Shown: one piece after another, positions 52,401 through 64,000 of the stretch
How the letters are laid out: every line of letters begins with the position of its first letter
Position numbering within the stretch: position 1 is the first letter of the stretch
NCBI GenBank assembly: GCA_030141605.1
Contig: JAQGDQ010000767.1
Span: forward strand, 35,566-99,565
Direction: 5' to 3'
From: Tubiluchus corallicola
Lineage: Eukaryota; Animalia; Priapulida
Length of the DNA: 64,000 nt
Notes under the pieces: generated by a model
What the model was told of the DNA's origin: nothing
The model's input: the letters and a program-made list of their open reading frames with translations, nothing else
The model's database searches: none
Position numbers and translations under genes: made by a program

Positions 52401-55400
52401 AAATCTGTCTGATGCAAACTGTCTCAGACCAAAATATGCAAGCACACAGAAGCTTTCGAATGAAGTAAACTTTTGACAGTAATCATTGATTAGATGATTA
52501 GTGACACATGACAAAAAGGTGTTTTATTGGTCTTATCTGGATTTGTCAGATCGAATTGCAGGACCGAGCGTGCACACGGGCACTGGACAAGTTTGTCCGA
52601 CACAGAAAGTTCAAACCGTGTGTAGGAAAGTTAGTAAAATATCTTTTTTCGAGTACGTTCGCAAACAAATATCTGTGTCATGCAAGTTGATGAAGTCATA
52701 TTTTGTCTCGTGTGCGACAAGTGACAGCAGACAGATTCTGCCTCGTGTGCACCAGGTGACAGCAGACAAATTTCATAGCAGATAGATTTTGCCTCGTGTG
52801 CACCGGCATGTTAGCAGATTGATTTTGTTGAAGCGTGTGTGCCGAGTGATAGCAGACAGATTCTGCCTCGTGTGCAGCGGGTGTTAGCAGACAGAAGTCG
52901 ATATTAGTTACTGTGATTCTCATGTGCAATACAAGTATTTGACACATTCTTATTTTCCAACTACTTCACACAGTAATTCAAGGATCGTTAATTTGAGACA
53001 TTTGCATTGACTTTCTACAGACAAAATGGCTGAAATGCATTCTTCGATTAATGATCGCCGTGCTGCCAAAGTCCTTTCCACGTGCCTTCCACAAGTTTAT
53101 GCCTCCACTGACCCTTCCACGTGCCGGAGACTAGGCACGGATGAGATTTCTCTTTCCAAGCGCCGGAAATGTGTTTATTGTGCCAACTCTTGTCCCAAAC
53201 GGGATGATCCTCCCGATGCCAGGAGCTGTGCCAAGTGCCAGACATGAGCGCTCGATAATGTGCACTTTTGTGCGAAGCACGTTTGCTAGAAGGATCTGTA
53301 CGACAATTCCACGTGCCGGATACGTGACTGTGATCCAACGTGCTTTTAAAGTGACCCCAAAAGTGCTGCTTCGAATTTTCGCTTTTCCAAATCCCGTAGA
53401 TGTGGTTTTCATAGAATCGGCCCTCCCACATGCCAGAAATACGTTGCGCACCTAATCAGACAGTATTCCGGTAAAAAATACAGTATACGATATGAAATGT
53501 ATAGACTAAGCGATTCTTCATTTGTAAATTCAGCAAACTTCCCAATTTTGTTAAGTCGTAATTAAATGCTGAAATGTTGGCAGGAAAGTTTTTTATTGAC
53601 CTAGATAGCTTTTTGTGTAAATTTTAGAAAATGTTACTGCCTAAAATTTTTATGTTGTTATAAATTTTTCTTGTAGCAATACCTCTGGTGGCATCCAAAA
53701 GATTTTAAGAAGTACATATTATTACCATGTTATCGCTCATATACATTATGTTTGATATCGGTTTACGAGCTTTAAGCTCATGTTTCTACAAATATGTACT
53801 GTTTATATCATACCCATGAAAATAAATATTATCTTATCTTATCTTATCTTATCTTACAACATTTGCAAATTTTAGCGACTCTGTTTTTTATGCAGTAGTT
53901 ACGATAGAGTTTAAAACTGCACTGCTTTGAAAGCATGGCACTAAGACACCAACAATGCATAATGCATAACATTCTCAAATAGCAGTCTAACTTATCCAAA
54001 ATTGACATTTCTTTTGAAACAACTAGTACAGTACTACATTTGCAAAAAAATAATATAAACGCGGTACATATTACGCGCAACTTGTCTACCAGCTATTACT
54101 TTCTTAGAGTAAACGAGAAATGACCTTTTTTGGACGGACTGCAAAAAATTACACCATACTCTCTACCTGTATTCTTGCAACACAGGAAAAATCTTGCTTG
54201 TTCGGTGATTAGACGATTGTTGTCACGTGTTTTAATGCATACGCATGTTTATGATGATATAAAGAGCTTGTAGGATTTCTTAGACATGCGTAGGCATTTG
54301 TTTATTCAGAATGACACATGCTGTTTGACTGTGTTTTAACACTCCTAGACCGCACCATTCAAAATAGGTCTTATAAGATTCATCACTTTTCTGCTACTGT
54401 ATGAGCACAGACATAACTAAATGATTACAAATTAGGTACTGTTCTATTCAGGAGAATCTCGGCTATCCAATCATGCTATTTGTTTAAACATTTACAAGTG
54501 ATTTAATTGGATAAAATTGAGAAAAATACGCCCTTTTCGGTCACTCCAACTTAGCCTATTGACTAGCTTAGTCTGGTGTACACTGGCGTGATCGTACACA
54601 CTAATTTATTGATCGCCTACTTACAGCGCAAGCTGTGCAGCGTTCTGTTGCTATTCCAGGAAAAACCAACAATCAGCCAAGGTCAAATTAAGGTCGTTTC
54701 ATCTTTTAACAGAAATTTCTCCTTAAAAAGAGATGTTCGAAAACGGAAGTATGACTGTACTTAGTGACAAGATACTTTAACTGGGACTTTGCTAGGACAG
54801 AAATAAAAGCAAAACACAATCACTAAACAATTAAATAAACAAGTTAGAAAAGAATGTTTTTGGTACAATAAAAATGTCTACCAGCCAGCCTGCTAACAGG
54901 CAATACCATCTAGACACCAGAATATATGTATAAACAATGGCCATACTTTCATATTGAGAAAGTACGCGTCAGCTAAAATGTATGTAAAATAATTTGAGAA
55001 ATTTAATCAGGTTTTTTTGATAGACAATACCTTGGTTACCCCAACTTTTAGTGAACTTTTACACTAAACATCATAACCCCATCAGTAAAAACAAAAGTTT
55101 ATCTGCTACACCAGCCAGAAATCATTAAAACAGTCCAAATAGAAATACAATTTTCCTGAATGGTCATTTGTAATATATATATAAAAAAACCCAGCAGGTC
55201 TTAAACAGGTTTGAACTGACAAATGGCTAAATGAAAGGGTACCATTCTAACATTTAAATTCAAAAGACAAGTTACGATAACTGAGTCACATTTCCGGCTA
55301 GAACTTCAATCTCGTTTTCTTCCGTAACACACGTCTTTGCGCATTATTTTATTTGTGAATTACAAAATAGATATTTGTGCCGTTTACCTAGGTTCTACAT

Positions 55401-57062
55401 GACAAGATGTATTTTATCTGCGCCTCCAGCTTTGTTTTAAAAGTGATGTAAAAACTCGTTACCATGGTTACTGTAGCAAACACGACGTTTTACTTACCGC
55501 CGTTATTGCGTGCACCGTCGGCACTGGATTCGGCAGCACGATTGCTAGGTCTACTGCTGCTGGCAGGGGGCGCTGTGGGTCGAAGCTCGTTGTTCCTCCC
55601 GCGGTGATGCCCGTGACGAGAGGCACCATCTCCGGCCTGCAAGAACGAACGTTAAAGAGCGCTGTATCATCAGCTTCGGCAACATTAACGATCACTCAAC
55701 ATTGATTTCTTACAAGTTACACGCAGCAAAGGCTGCCCGTCAAACGTGAGATTTGAAGTCATGTTCAAACGCAACATTCCAAGTTATAATCCCATTTTTA
55801 CTTTTATTATTTTGCATTTCAAATACGATACAATGTTAACTGTATTCCACTCCATCAGATAAATTAACCACAGAAAACTTTAGACCTAATAAATTTAACG
55901 CATGATTTATGGCCGAGTTTGTGTTATATTTGATGATCGTCTTAAATTCTTGAACGTTCAGCCTCTCGTTGGGCCTTTTTAATAAAATTTTTCAAAACAC
56001 CAAAGCCCACGTGGACTCCGATTTAACGTGATTTAAATTAAAATGTCTTAATTTAATTTCGGTTCAAGGAAAACAGGAAGATTTTTCATATTCTACCCCA
56101 TTTTTAAGCACGGTAAAAAGTATACATTTTAACACTTAACATAATAATGTCAAAATGTTTCTGATAATTAAATCATAGATCAAAAACTTAAGCAGAGGTA
56201 GGCGAGCCCAAACTACTGATGACATCACAAACTAACATGATTTTCGACAGTAAAAATATTCCACGAGCGTGTTGCACTTGTTTGTAAAAGCGAAAAATGC
56301 AGTTCAGTGCTACCGTAAGATATTCAATGTGACATATAAAAGCTCGGCAGATTTTCCGTTTAAATTAAATTTTTCAAGCTTACCGGGCCGTGCTCACACA
56401 CGAGCTTTGGAATGTATGCACTACATCACAACTGAACACCTCTGAAGTGAAAGCTACAGCACCTTTTTTGTGTGCAACACTATCCGAAATGCAGGAGCTA
56501 GTGCCTGTCTAACTAATGAACGGCGAAATGCATGTAAGAATAAAGAATGCAATTACTTTTTTGCATTATTAATTCTTTCACTTACGCCATTTTTTAGAAA
56601 TTAGTAAATTCGTTTTCAATATTTTATATATTAGGTTGCTTTAAGCAATAGTTTAAGACTGGATCTGATTTTCTTTTAAGATATGAACGTGTTACATTTG
56701 ACTTTTCACCACAGACGGACAGCCTTACTCGCACAGCAGCGTCTTACCGGGTGTGGTCTCATGGAACGCCGTCGTAGCGTACTGTGCAAGGTCTCTGAAA
56801 ACTTCCTGGCGGGTGCTTTATGCGGGTTGCTACTGGGCGTGTGCACCGCACAGCACTTTATGAACAATGCCATGAAGAAGATGAGACCAATGACCATGAG
56901 AACAACAGCCCACCAAAATTCCTAGAAACACAACAGACATTGGTTTCAAAGGTTTTTCATCACCTGTAAACTGACTGCAAGGTTAAATTGTTATTTATTC
57001 ATTATTATTGTTGTTCTTGTTGTTGTTGTTGCTGTTGTTGTTGTTGTTGTTGTTGTTGTTGC

Positions 57063-57094
<32 letters not shown>

Positions 57095-60000
57095 CTGTTG
57101 TTTGTTGTTGTTCTTGTTGTTGTTGTTGTTGTTGTTGTTGCTGCTGCTGCTGTTGTTGTTGTTGCTGTTGTTATTGTTGTTGTTGTTGTGGTGGTGGTGA
57201 TTATTATTATTGTTGTTGTTGTTGTTGTTGTTATTATTATTATTATTATTATGAAAGCTTTATTTATAGTGCAAGAATACATACAGTCTAGCCTCGTTAT
57301 CTCACCCCTCGTTATGCCGCCAAACTCGTCTCTCGCCATAGAAAGTACCAAGATGCATTTCCTGCTTTGATATTTACCTCGTTAAGTCGCCACCCTCGCT
57401 TCTCGCCCTCGCCACGTCATGCTAGGATGAGTGCTTATGTAAACTATATTCGTTATGTCACCAAACAGACAAACTCAGAGGTGAATCGATCAATACATAT
57501 ACCGCGTGTCGATCAATATAACTGCGGTATGTAGACAATGCTGCTGTACTCGATAGACAGACAAAATTAATCTAGTGCGTGTCTCACCAGGATTAGATTA
57601 GGAGTGCTGTGGTTGGTTAATGCGCAGAGAAACTAAAACGTCACCGATATCCTTACTCTATAACACCAAAACTGTGTTTAAGTTTGAGTTTCCACAAAGT
57701 GTGAGCAACTTTACATGATGTCTATACATACAGACCAACTTCGTTATATTCCCGTTATCTCGCCATACTCGCCTCTCGCCAAAAATTTGCACTAGACGGA
57801 CAGTGGCGAGATAACGAGACTAGACTGTACTATAAAACAAGAAATTGCTTTGAGCGAAAGCAAAATGCTGTTAAAATCAAATGTGTCGTTAAGTGAGAAA
57901 AAGGTGTCAAATGATCAGCTTCGTCGAAAGGGAATGACGCTAAACGAGTTTAACAAATGTTTAACAAAAGAACGAACAAGCAGTCAGTTTTTATAAAACT
58001 AAAATCATTATTATTTGTTAAAACTACTATCATTATTAGTTAAAAATATGTGTGAATACAGCGTGAAGTTTAATAACATACATATTGATCACTTCTAAAT
58101 TTGAAGACCTTACAATCATTTTGTTGAAATATGACGAGTACACTATTGTTTGACTTACCTGAATCATAATGAGTACACTATTGTTTGACTTACCTGAATC
58201 CATTGTGCTATTTTGTTGAAAGTATCTTGGTTAAAAATGAGATTTTTTAATCTGGCAAGAGGACCGTCAGCGTCCACTTCTCGGCACTTGAGGAAAACAT
58301 CACAGTAACCCTGAAGAAGAGAGAAACAATTGTGATAAACTGATGGTGGTAAACAATGCACAATGAACAAATGACAATATAAAATGAGACAATGAGCAAC
58401 TGATGGTAAACAATGCACAATGAACAAATGACAATATAAAATGAGACAATGAGCAACTGATGGTAAACAATGCACAATGAACAAATGACAATATAAAATG
58501 AGACAATGAGCAACTGATGGTAAACAATGCACAATGAACAAACGACAATATAAAATGAGACAATGAGCAAGTGATGGTAAACAATGCACAATGAACAAAT
58601 GACAATATAAAATGAGACAATGAGCAACTGATGGTAAACAATGCACAATGAACAAATGACAATATAAAATGAGACAATGAGCAACTGATGGTAAACAATG
58701 CACAATGAACAAATGACAATATAAAATGAGACAATGAGCAACTGATGGTAAACAATGCACAATGAACAAACGACAATATAAAATGAGACAATGAGCAAGT
58801 GATGGTAAACAATGCACAATGAACAAATGACAATATAAAATGAGACAATGAGCAACTGATGGTAAACAATGCACAATGAACAAATGACAATATAAAATGA
58901 GACAATGAGCAATTGATGGTAAACAATGCACAATGAACAAACGACAATATAAAATGAGACAATGAGCAACTGATGGTAAACAATGCACAATGAACAAATG
59001 ACAATATAAAATGAGACAATGAGCAAGTGATGGTAAACAATGCACAATGAACGAAAGACAATACAAAATGAGACAATGAGCAACTGATGGGAAACAATGT
59101 AGTTTGGTAAATGGTAAATCATCATCATCATCACCATCACCATCATCATCATCACCACCATCGTCATCATCATTGTCATTGCTATTATCATCATCATCAT
59201 CACTGTCATTGCTATTATCATCATCATTATTGTCATTGCTATCATCAACATCATCATCATCATAATCATCATCATCACCGTCGCTGCCGCCATCCTTGTT
59301 GCAACAAAATTTAATGCAGCTACATCCACAAATGACAGATAGAGCTACTCCATTGAAAATGTGCCATTAAATTTACCAACCTGGAAATCGTTGCACGGAG
59401 CACCGGGTTGCAGGGTGATTCCATGTCCCTTGTTGAGCTTAATCAGTTGGTCAATTTCAAAACTACTCCGGCAAGATTCTGGAACGCCTATCAACAACCG
59501 AATGTTCTTAATTTTGTGCAGTTTAGTGCAGTGTGCAGAACAAATGTGCAGTTCCGGACTGAGCAATATTTCGTGAGATGATTGATAAAACAAGTGAAAT
59601 AAACAAATGGTTTCCTTTAATTCATTCTTAATGCGCTTGTTTTAATTTTCTTCTTGGCTAAACTAAACTTTTTTTTATATTTGGTGACTCTACAAGCTCT
59701 GTGGATTAATTCATCTTTAACGCTAGCAATACAGTGTTACTTAATTTGCTAGTGGGACATTTGACAAAACGCCAGATGTTGAATTTGTGAGTGTGTGGTA
59801 GAATCGTTAATTCTGATGAAAAAAAGATAAAAGAAATTCTTTGGTTACTATGGCATATTTAAACTGGACGTCTTCCACCATAAATGTCTTCGGAAAATCC
59901 TAAAAATATCCTATCGCGACCACGTTACCAATGTGGAAGTCCTACAGCAGGCGCAGTCAAGGCGGTTGCAGGAAAGAGTCGCAGAGAGAAGGCGGAGATT

Positions 60001-60727
60001 GGCTGGACGTATTCTCCGCCTACCAGAACAACGCCACTACAAAATAGCGTTACGCTGGGAGCCACCTGGTGGAAAAAGGAAAAGAGGTCGGCCAAAAACA
60101 ACGTGGCGCAGATCTTTCAAAGAAGACCTTCGGGCTATGAACAGACGTTGGGAGAACATCGAAAGAGAACCCAGTGGAAAATGCTGTCTGCCCAATGTGC
60201 ATCCGTGCACGGGAAGGACTAAAGTCTAAGGTAAGGTACGGCATGTTTAACAAAGTCCACCATATTGAGTGCTGCGTGGTAATCATATTAACACGTTTTA
60301 CCTTTTTGTTGGCAGGCAAGATGGCAAAGTTGGTCCCGGTTTGTGTCACTATCATCTACGGTAAGAAAGCACTCTTCCCACTTGATCCCGGCCGGATCGT
60401 TGATATACTCACAGATGGAGCCAGTGCACTCCTGGAAAACAGCCGCACTTTAACACTCACGCATTGTTTAATTAAAAACTGCCTACACGTCTTCGCGTGT
60501 AACTATGACGGCTGCTTTGCAAGCTGCGTAGGCCAAACATCTAGCAACTGGAAAGTGCAGGCAAACAAGCAAATTTGCTTGAGCAGTCACCCACATCACA
60601 AACGAAACAACATGTCAGCTAAAAATCATTTGAAATTGCATCATTTTAAAATGTCTGACAGTGCTAAGTAACTATAGTTTGGATCAGCTAAGCACAGGTT
60701 TCTTAGTCACCAAATCTGTATATATAC

Positions 60728-60774
<47 letters not shown>

Positions 60775-63700
60775 TTTGGTGACTAAGAAACATCTGTCGT
60801 CTTCGGGAGGAGGATATATAGATATATATATGCCCCCTCAATGATGACAAATGCCAAAAAAGCAGTGCAGCACATGAAACCACCTAAAAGCAAAAATGGT
60901 CACCCATTATTTGCCAGCCAAACTCAGTGCTGCTTGACTGCTTTCATAACCAAGTGCATACACTGTTGCCACTCAGGTATTCGTCTCGCCACATAAACAA
61001 TAAACAATGCGATATGTTTATCGCCAAGTATGCGATAAATACCACAAACATGTGGCAACTATCAATTTATTAGCATAGCAGTCAGTTATCCATCTATTAT
61101 CAATCAATAAAAAAAAATCGATGACCACCATTGATCAATCGAAAAACTTACCCCCGCCCAACACACTTGAGTGTTCTTGTTGCAAGTCGTACGGTTTGCT
61201 TTGGGCTCGGGTGTCGGACACTGCGACTTATTACCAGTGCAGAGAAGTTAAGGGTTCAAACTTTACATGCAAAGATCACAGAACAAGAGCGACACGTTTT
61301 ACTGTTACGTGACGAATATTAATTACAAAGCTTAAAAACAAAACTGTTACGACACAGTCATTAATAAAATACGTCATCTAGGAAATTTCTATGTGAAACT
61401 GAGCCAAACAAAGGATGGCAACACTTGTTCTTCTAATAACTAGAGGGCCTATTTGCTTGAACGAAAGCATTCCTTACACACTTGCAGGTCCTACAGTTGG
61501 GGAAGACCCATGGTTTAGAGGAGCCCTTGACCATGAAGAGGAGCTGCCAAGGACGCCAAAGTAATGGCAACACTTGTTCTTCTAATAACTAGAGGGCCTA
61601 CTTGCTTGGACAAAAGCATTCCTTACACACTTGCAGGCCTTGTAGTTGTGGAAGATCCATGGTTTAGAGGGGCCCTTGGGTAATATAAAATTATATATTA
61701 ATTTTTAATATACTAATCTATTTATAAGAAAGATCAGGAGACTAGATGACCCTATGGTCCTTTCCTGCCCTGCTCCATGATTATAATTACTTAATATTTA
61801 ACAAACTTTTGATGTAAAACTAATTGGAGAAAATAAATGTTCTATGTCTATGTCTATGTCTATGTCTATTCCTATGTCTATGTCTATTTGTATGTCTATG
61901 TCTATGTCTATGTCTATTCCTATGCCTATGTCTATTCCTATGTCTATGTCTATTCCTATGTCTATGTCTACGTCTATTCCTATGCCTATGTCTATTCCTA
62001 TGTCTACGTCTATTCCTATGTCTATGTCTCTTTGTATGTCTATGTCTATTCCTATGCCTATGTCTATTCCTATGTCTACGTCTATTCCTATGTCTATGTC
62101 TCTTTGTATGTCTATGTCTATTCCTATGTCTATGTCTATTTGTATGTCTATGTCTATTCCTATGCCTATGTCTATTCCTATGCCTATGTCTATTCCTATG
62201 TCTACGTCTATTCCTATGTCTATGTCTATTTGTATGTCTATGTCTATTCCTATGTCTATGTCTATTTGTATGTCTATGTCTATTCCTATGTCTATGTCGA
62301 CATCTATTCGTATGTCTATGTCTATTCCTATGTCTATGTCTATGTCTATTCCTATGTCTACGTCTATGTCTGTTCCTATGTTTATGCCTATGTATATGTC
62401 TATTCGTATGTCTATGTCTATTCCTATGTCTATGTCTATATCTATGTCTATTCCTATGTCTTGTCTATGTCTATGTTCTATGTATATGTCTATTGTCTTC
62501 TGAAATTAAACTAGCACATGATTTACACGTGCAGTAAAGGATATTCGCACGCTGATGAGCCGTGGCACTCGGCAGCTTGCTTGCACTCAAAGTTGCGGCT
62601 CTCTGGCAAGTATTCACAGTTACTGCCACAACATGGCCCCTGACTTGGACTAAACGAATAAGAACAATTTTAGTCTTCACATTTCACAAACATGTGTTTA
62701 CAAACCAAAACCGTCCATAAGTCGGTATAGTTAAAACTACATTATTATGCTTCAAAGTAGAAAGCACCAAAAATTTGGTCAAACGTCGATTTTTATTTTT
62801 TATGAAAAGAAATGCTAAATATATTGGACTTTTATATTCTAGCATCAAATTATCAGGAAAATGTCCAAAAAATACTAAAAATCTAATTTTACAACTCCTT
62901 ACCCACTTTTCCGTCTAGAAACTAGTACTGCAATTGTAAAAAAACTTGTATTTTCAAACTCCGATTGTAGTTCGTCAAAGCAGCCATTTTGCTGCGGTTT
63001 TTTCTCTTGATAAAACCAGATTTTCGTCAGGAAGAGCCATCTACTGGATTTAAACGCAACTTCAATTTGCTCTCGTAAAATCCATAGCAACCACACTTTC
63101 GTACGGTTGCTAAGTGTTTCTTAGCAACGACACGAAAAAACAATGGCTAACTTAACAATGATTCTCTCAAGATTAAGTTTTTCAGTGCATAGCCTGCACC
63201 TCAACTTCAATGTAGATTATCTCAGCTTAGAAATAACATAGAGCCATGAAATTGGTATCAAAATGATCCTCGTGAAATGGAGATTCAGGATGTGTGAAAA
63301 ACTAAAAAAAGCTTAATTACCGACTTGTGGATGATTTTACTATGCAAACACGCATATGTTTAATTAGTAATTACTAATTAGACAGATCTTTGACAGATAA
63401 CAATATAACAAGTGTCCGTGCTAAATACAACTAATCCACAATACTTCTACTTATAAACTTTCCAACTTACATACAAACGTTTATAAAATGTTTTCCTCTA
63501 CAAACATCAAACAAACACTGTTACTAACTGGAACTGAAGTCAATAGATTTGCAAATATAGTTCAAAGGTCACACAGCACGTGTCATGGATCCATTTTAGC
63601 AAATTCCATAATCTTGGCAAAAACACAGAACATAAACTAACTAATCTAATGGCTATTTATTTTAAGAAGAAAGAAGACACTGAAAAACGTGACCTAACCA

Positions 63701-63924
63701 AGCCTTGAACCCAGAGGTTTAGGATTACAGCTTCGAGCTATCGGCCCAAACTTACCTGCATCGTTTGCCACCTTTCAGTGTACATGGCTTACTGCCAGGT
63801 GGTCCCAAATTTTGGGAGGTCAAGCGCGGCCAGCAGCATTCCTCGGTGCACTCGTCTTCATAACCGCAATCACACTCTTCACCCTCCTCTACCAAACCAT
63901 TGCCACAGAACGCCCCCTCGTTGT
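49035..63924 (-). CDS. ADAM10: ADAM10/kuzbanian, 5'-truncated by the window edge: disintegrin, Cys-rich, TM and cytoplasmic tail. Exons 63924-63756, 62649-62545, 61236-61152, 60431-60302, 59487-59381, 58310-58194, 56921-56748, 55636-55498, then 49492-49035 (or 53451-53048)
   Basis: [16 protein letters not shown]; CSPSQGPCC; CNKNTQVC; ECTGSICE; [34 protein letters not shown]; WWAVVLM...[13 protein letters not shown]...TLRRR. These are diagnostic ADAM10-family strings, and all phases are consistent. Confidence 0.95.
49695..50700. repeat. ~89-bp tandem repeat (~11 copies, decaying)
   Basis: ccttgttataatgccagcctcgcttaacac...gcatagacatgtatgtattaatg. Confidence 0.92.
50985..51310. repeat. Degenerate ~70-bp tandem repeat (4-5 copies)
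   Basis: agcaagaacagcaatcttcgaaaa recurs. Confidence 0.7.
52705..52895. repeat. Degenerate short tandem repeat (cctcgtgtgca...agcagacaga)
   Basis: About 5 imperfect copies. Confidence 0.6.
53048..53451 (-). CDS. ADAM10: Putative alternative terminal exon of ADAM10 (Trp/His-rich tail)
   Basis: gattag|GT acceptor. The phase-1 join with exon 55636-55498 puts it in the stop-free frame of ORF 53048..53431 ([11 protein letters not shown]...WQHGDH*). More GC-rich than the flanking intron. Confidence 0.55.
54335..54711. mobile_element. Partial inverted copy of the element at 2554-3245
   Basis: Colinear reverse-complement similarity to about 2870-3245 (e.g. cgtgatcgtacacactaatttattga; caccattcaaaataggtcttat). 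Confidence 0.75.
57000..57252. repeat. (TTG)n/(CTG)n/(ATT)n trinucleotide tract
   Basis: Direct reading. Confidence 0.95.
57284..57827. mobile_element. pogo/Tigger-like MITE
   Basis: TA|cagtctagcctcgttatctc ... gagataacgagactagactg|TA. Confidence 0.82.
58339..59098. repeat. 57-bp minisatellite (~13 copies) abutting an ADAM10 acceptor
   Basis: actgatggtaaacaatgcacaatgaacaaatgacaatataaaatgagacaatgagca. Confidence 0.95.
59118..59280. repeat. (CAT)n microsatellite
   Basis: Direct reading. Confidence 0.95.
59850..60238 (+). mobile_element. RTE-clade LINE 3' fragment in an ADAM10 intron
   Basis: [16 protein letters not shown]...[23 protein letters not shown], ending ggactaaagtctaaggtaaggta (short-repeat tail). 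Confidence 0.82.
60698..60791. repeat. Inverted repeat with (AT)n core
   Basis: gtttcttagtcaccaaatctgta ... tacagatttggtgactaagaaac. Confidence 0.9.
61415..61680. repeat. Tandem duplication of about 115 bp (period ~150 bp)
   Basis: atggcaacacttgttcttctaataactagagggccta...ccatggtttagagg.gcccttg occurs twice. Confidence 0.85.
61838..62495. repeat. (TATGTC)n-type hexamer satellite inside the U12 intron
   Basis: Direct reading. Confidence 0.95.
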
Positions 63925-64000
63925 CTGCAAGGAAAATGATGAACATTATGCGCAAAATCGCTGTCCATATACTGACACAGTTTGTTTTGTATAAACGAAT

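Larger units (their letters stand above)
61237..62544 (-). other. U12-type (minor spliceosome) AT-AC intron in ADAM10
   Basis: 5' end ATATCCTTT, branch site CCTTAAC (61253-61247), 3' end ...ctctgcAC. The join GA|T gives SACDGNKSQCP in frame. Confidence 0.93.

Noticed and set aside
53131-53455. Overlapping 104-106 aa ORFs in other frames and strand at the Trp-rich exon
   Set aside because: Not compatible with the phase-1 upstream donor and lack the motif periodicity of the 53048 frame.
58247-59329. 300-360 aa ORFs on the minus strand
   Set aside because: 57-bp minisatellite plus (CAT)n; only 58310-58194 is a real ADAM10 exon.
61824-62537. Poly-CL / YV / MS ORFs
   Set aside because: Hexamer satellite translations.

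Overview
AT-rich, intron-rich invertebrate animal genomic DNA; no prokaryotic features. I assembled four protein-coding genes by hand from splice sites and reading-frame phase. (1-2) A head-to-head pair of 195-aa claudin/PMP22-superfamily tetraspan paralogues (- strand 973..5690, + strand 10582..15741). (3) A complete polypeptide N-acetylgalactosaminyltransferase (GALNT/pgant, + strand 22340..38832). (4) The 3' part of ADAM10/kuzbanian (- strand, from beyond the window end down to 49035). The most interesting signals concern splicing. The GALNT carries two tandemly duplicated, frame-incompatible versions of the catalytic-domain exon that forms the peptide-acceptor groove, which suggests mutually exclusive exons. 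ADAM10 has a U12-type AT-AC intron and two phase-compatible alternative terminal exons: one Pro-rich with PPxY and heptad repeats, one an unusual Trp/His-rich GxW-repeat tail. It also has a duplicated splice donor just before the TM exon. A 5S-rRNA-headed element lies between the duplicated GALNT exons, and a 5S-derived tandem repeat lies in a later intron. The rest is MITEs (hAT, Tc1/pogo, piggyBac-like), CR1/RTE LINE remnants and many minisatellites, which explain most long ORFs in the track. All identifications are from reading the sequence; no database search was run.
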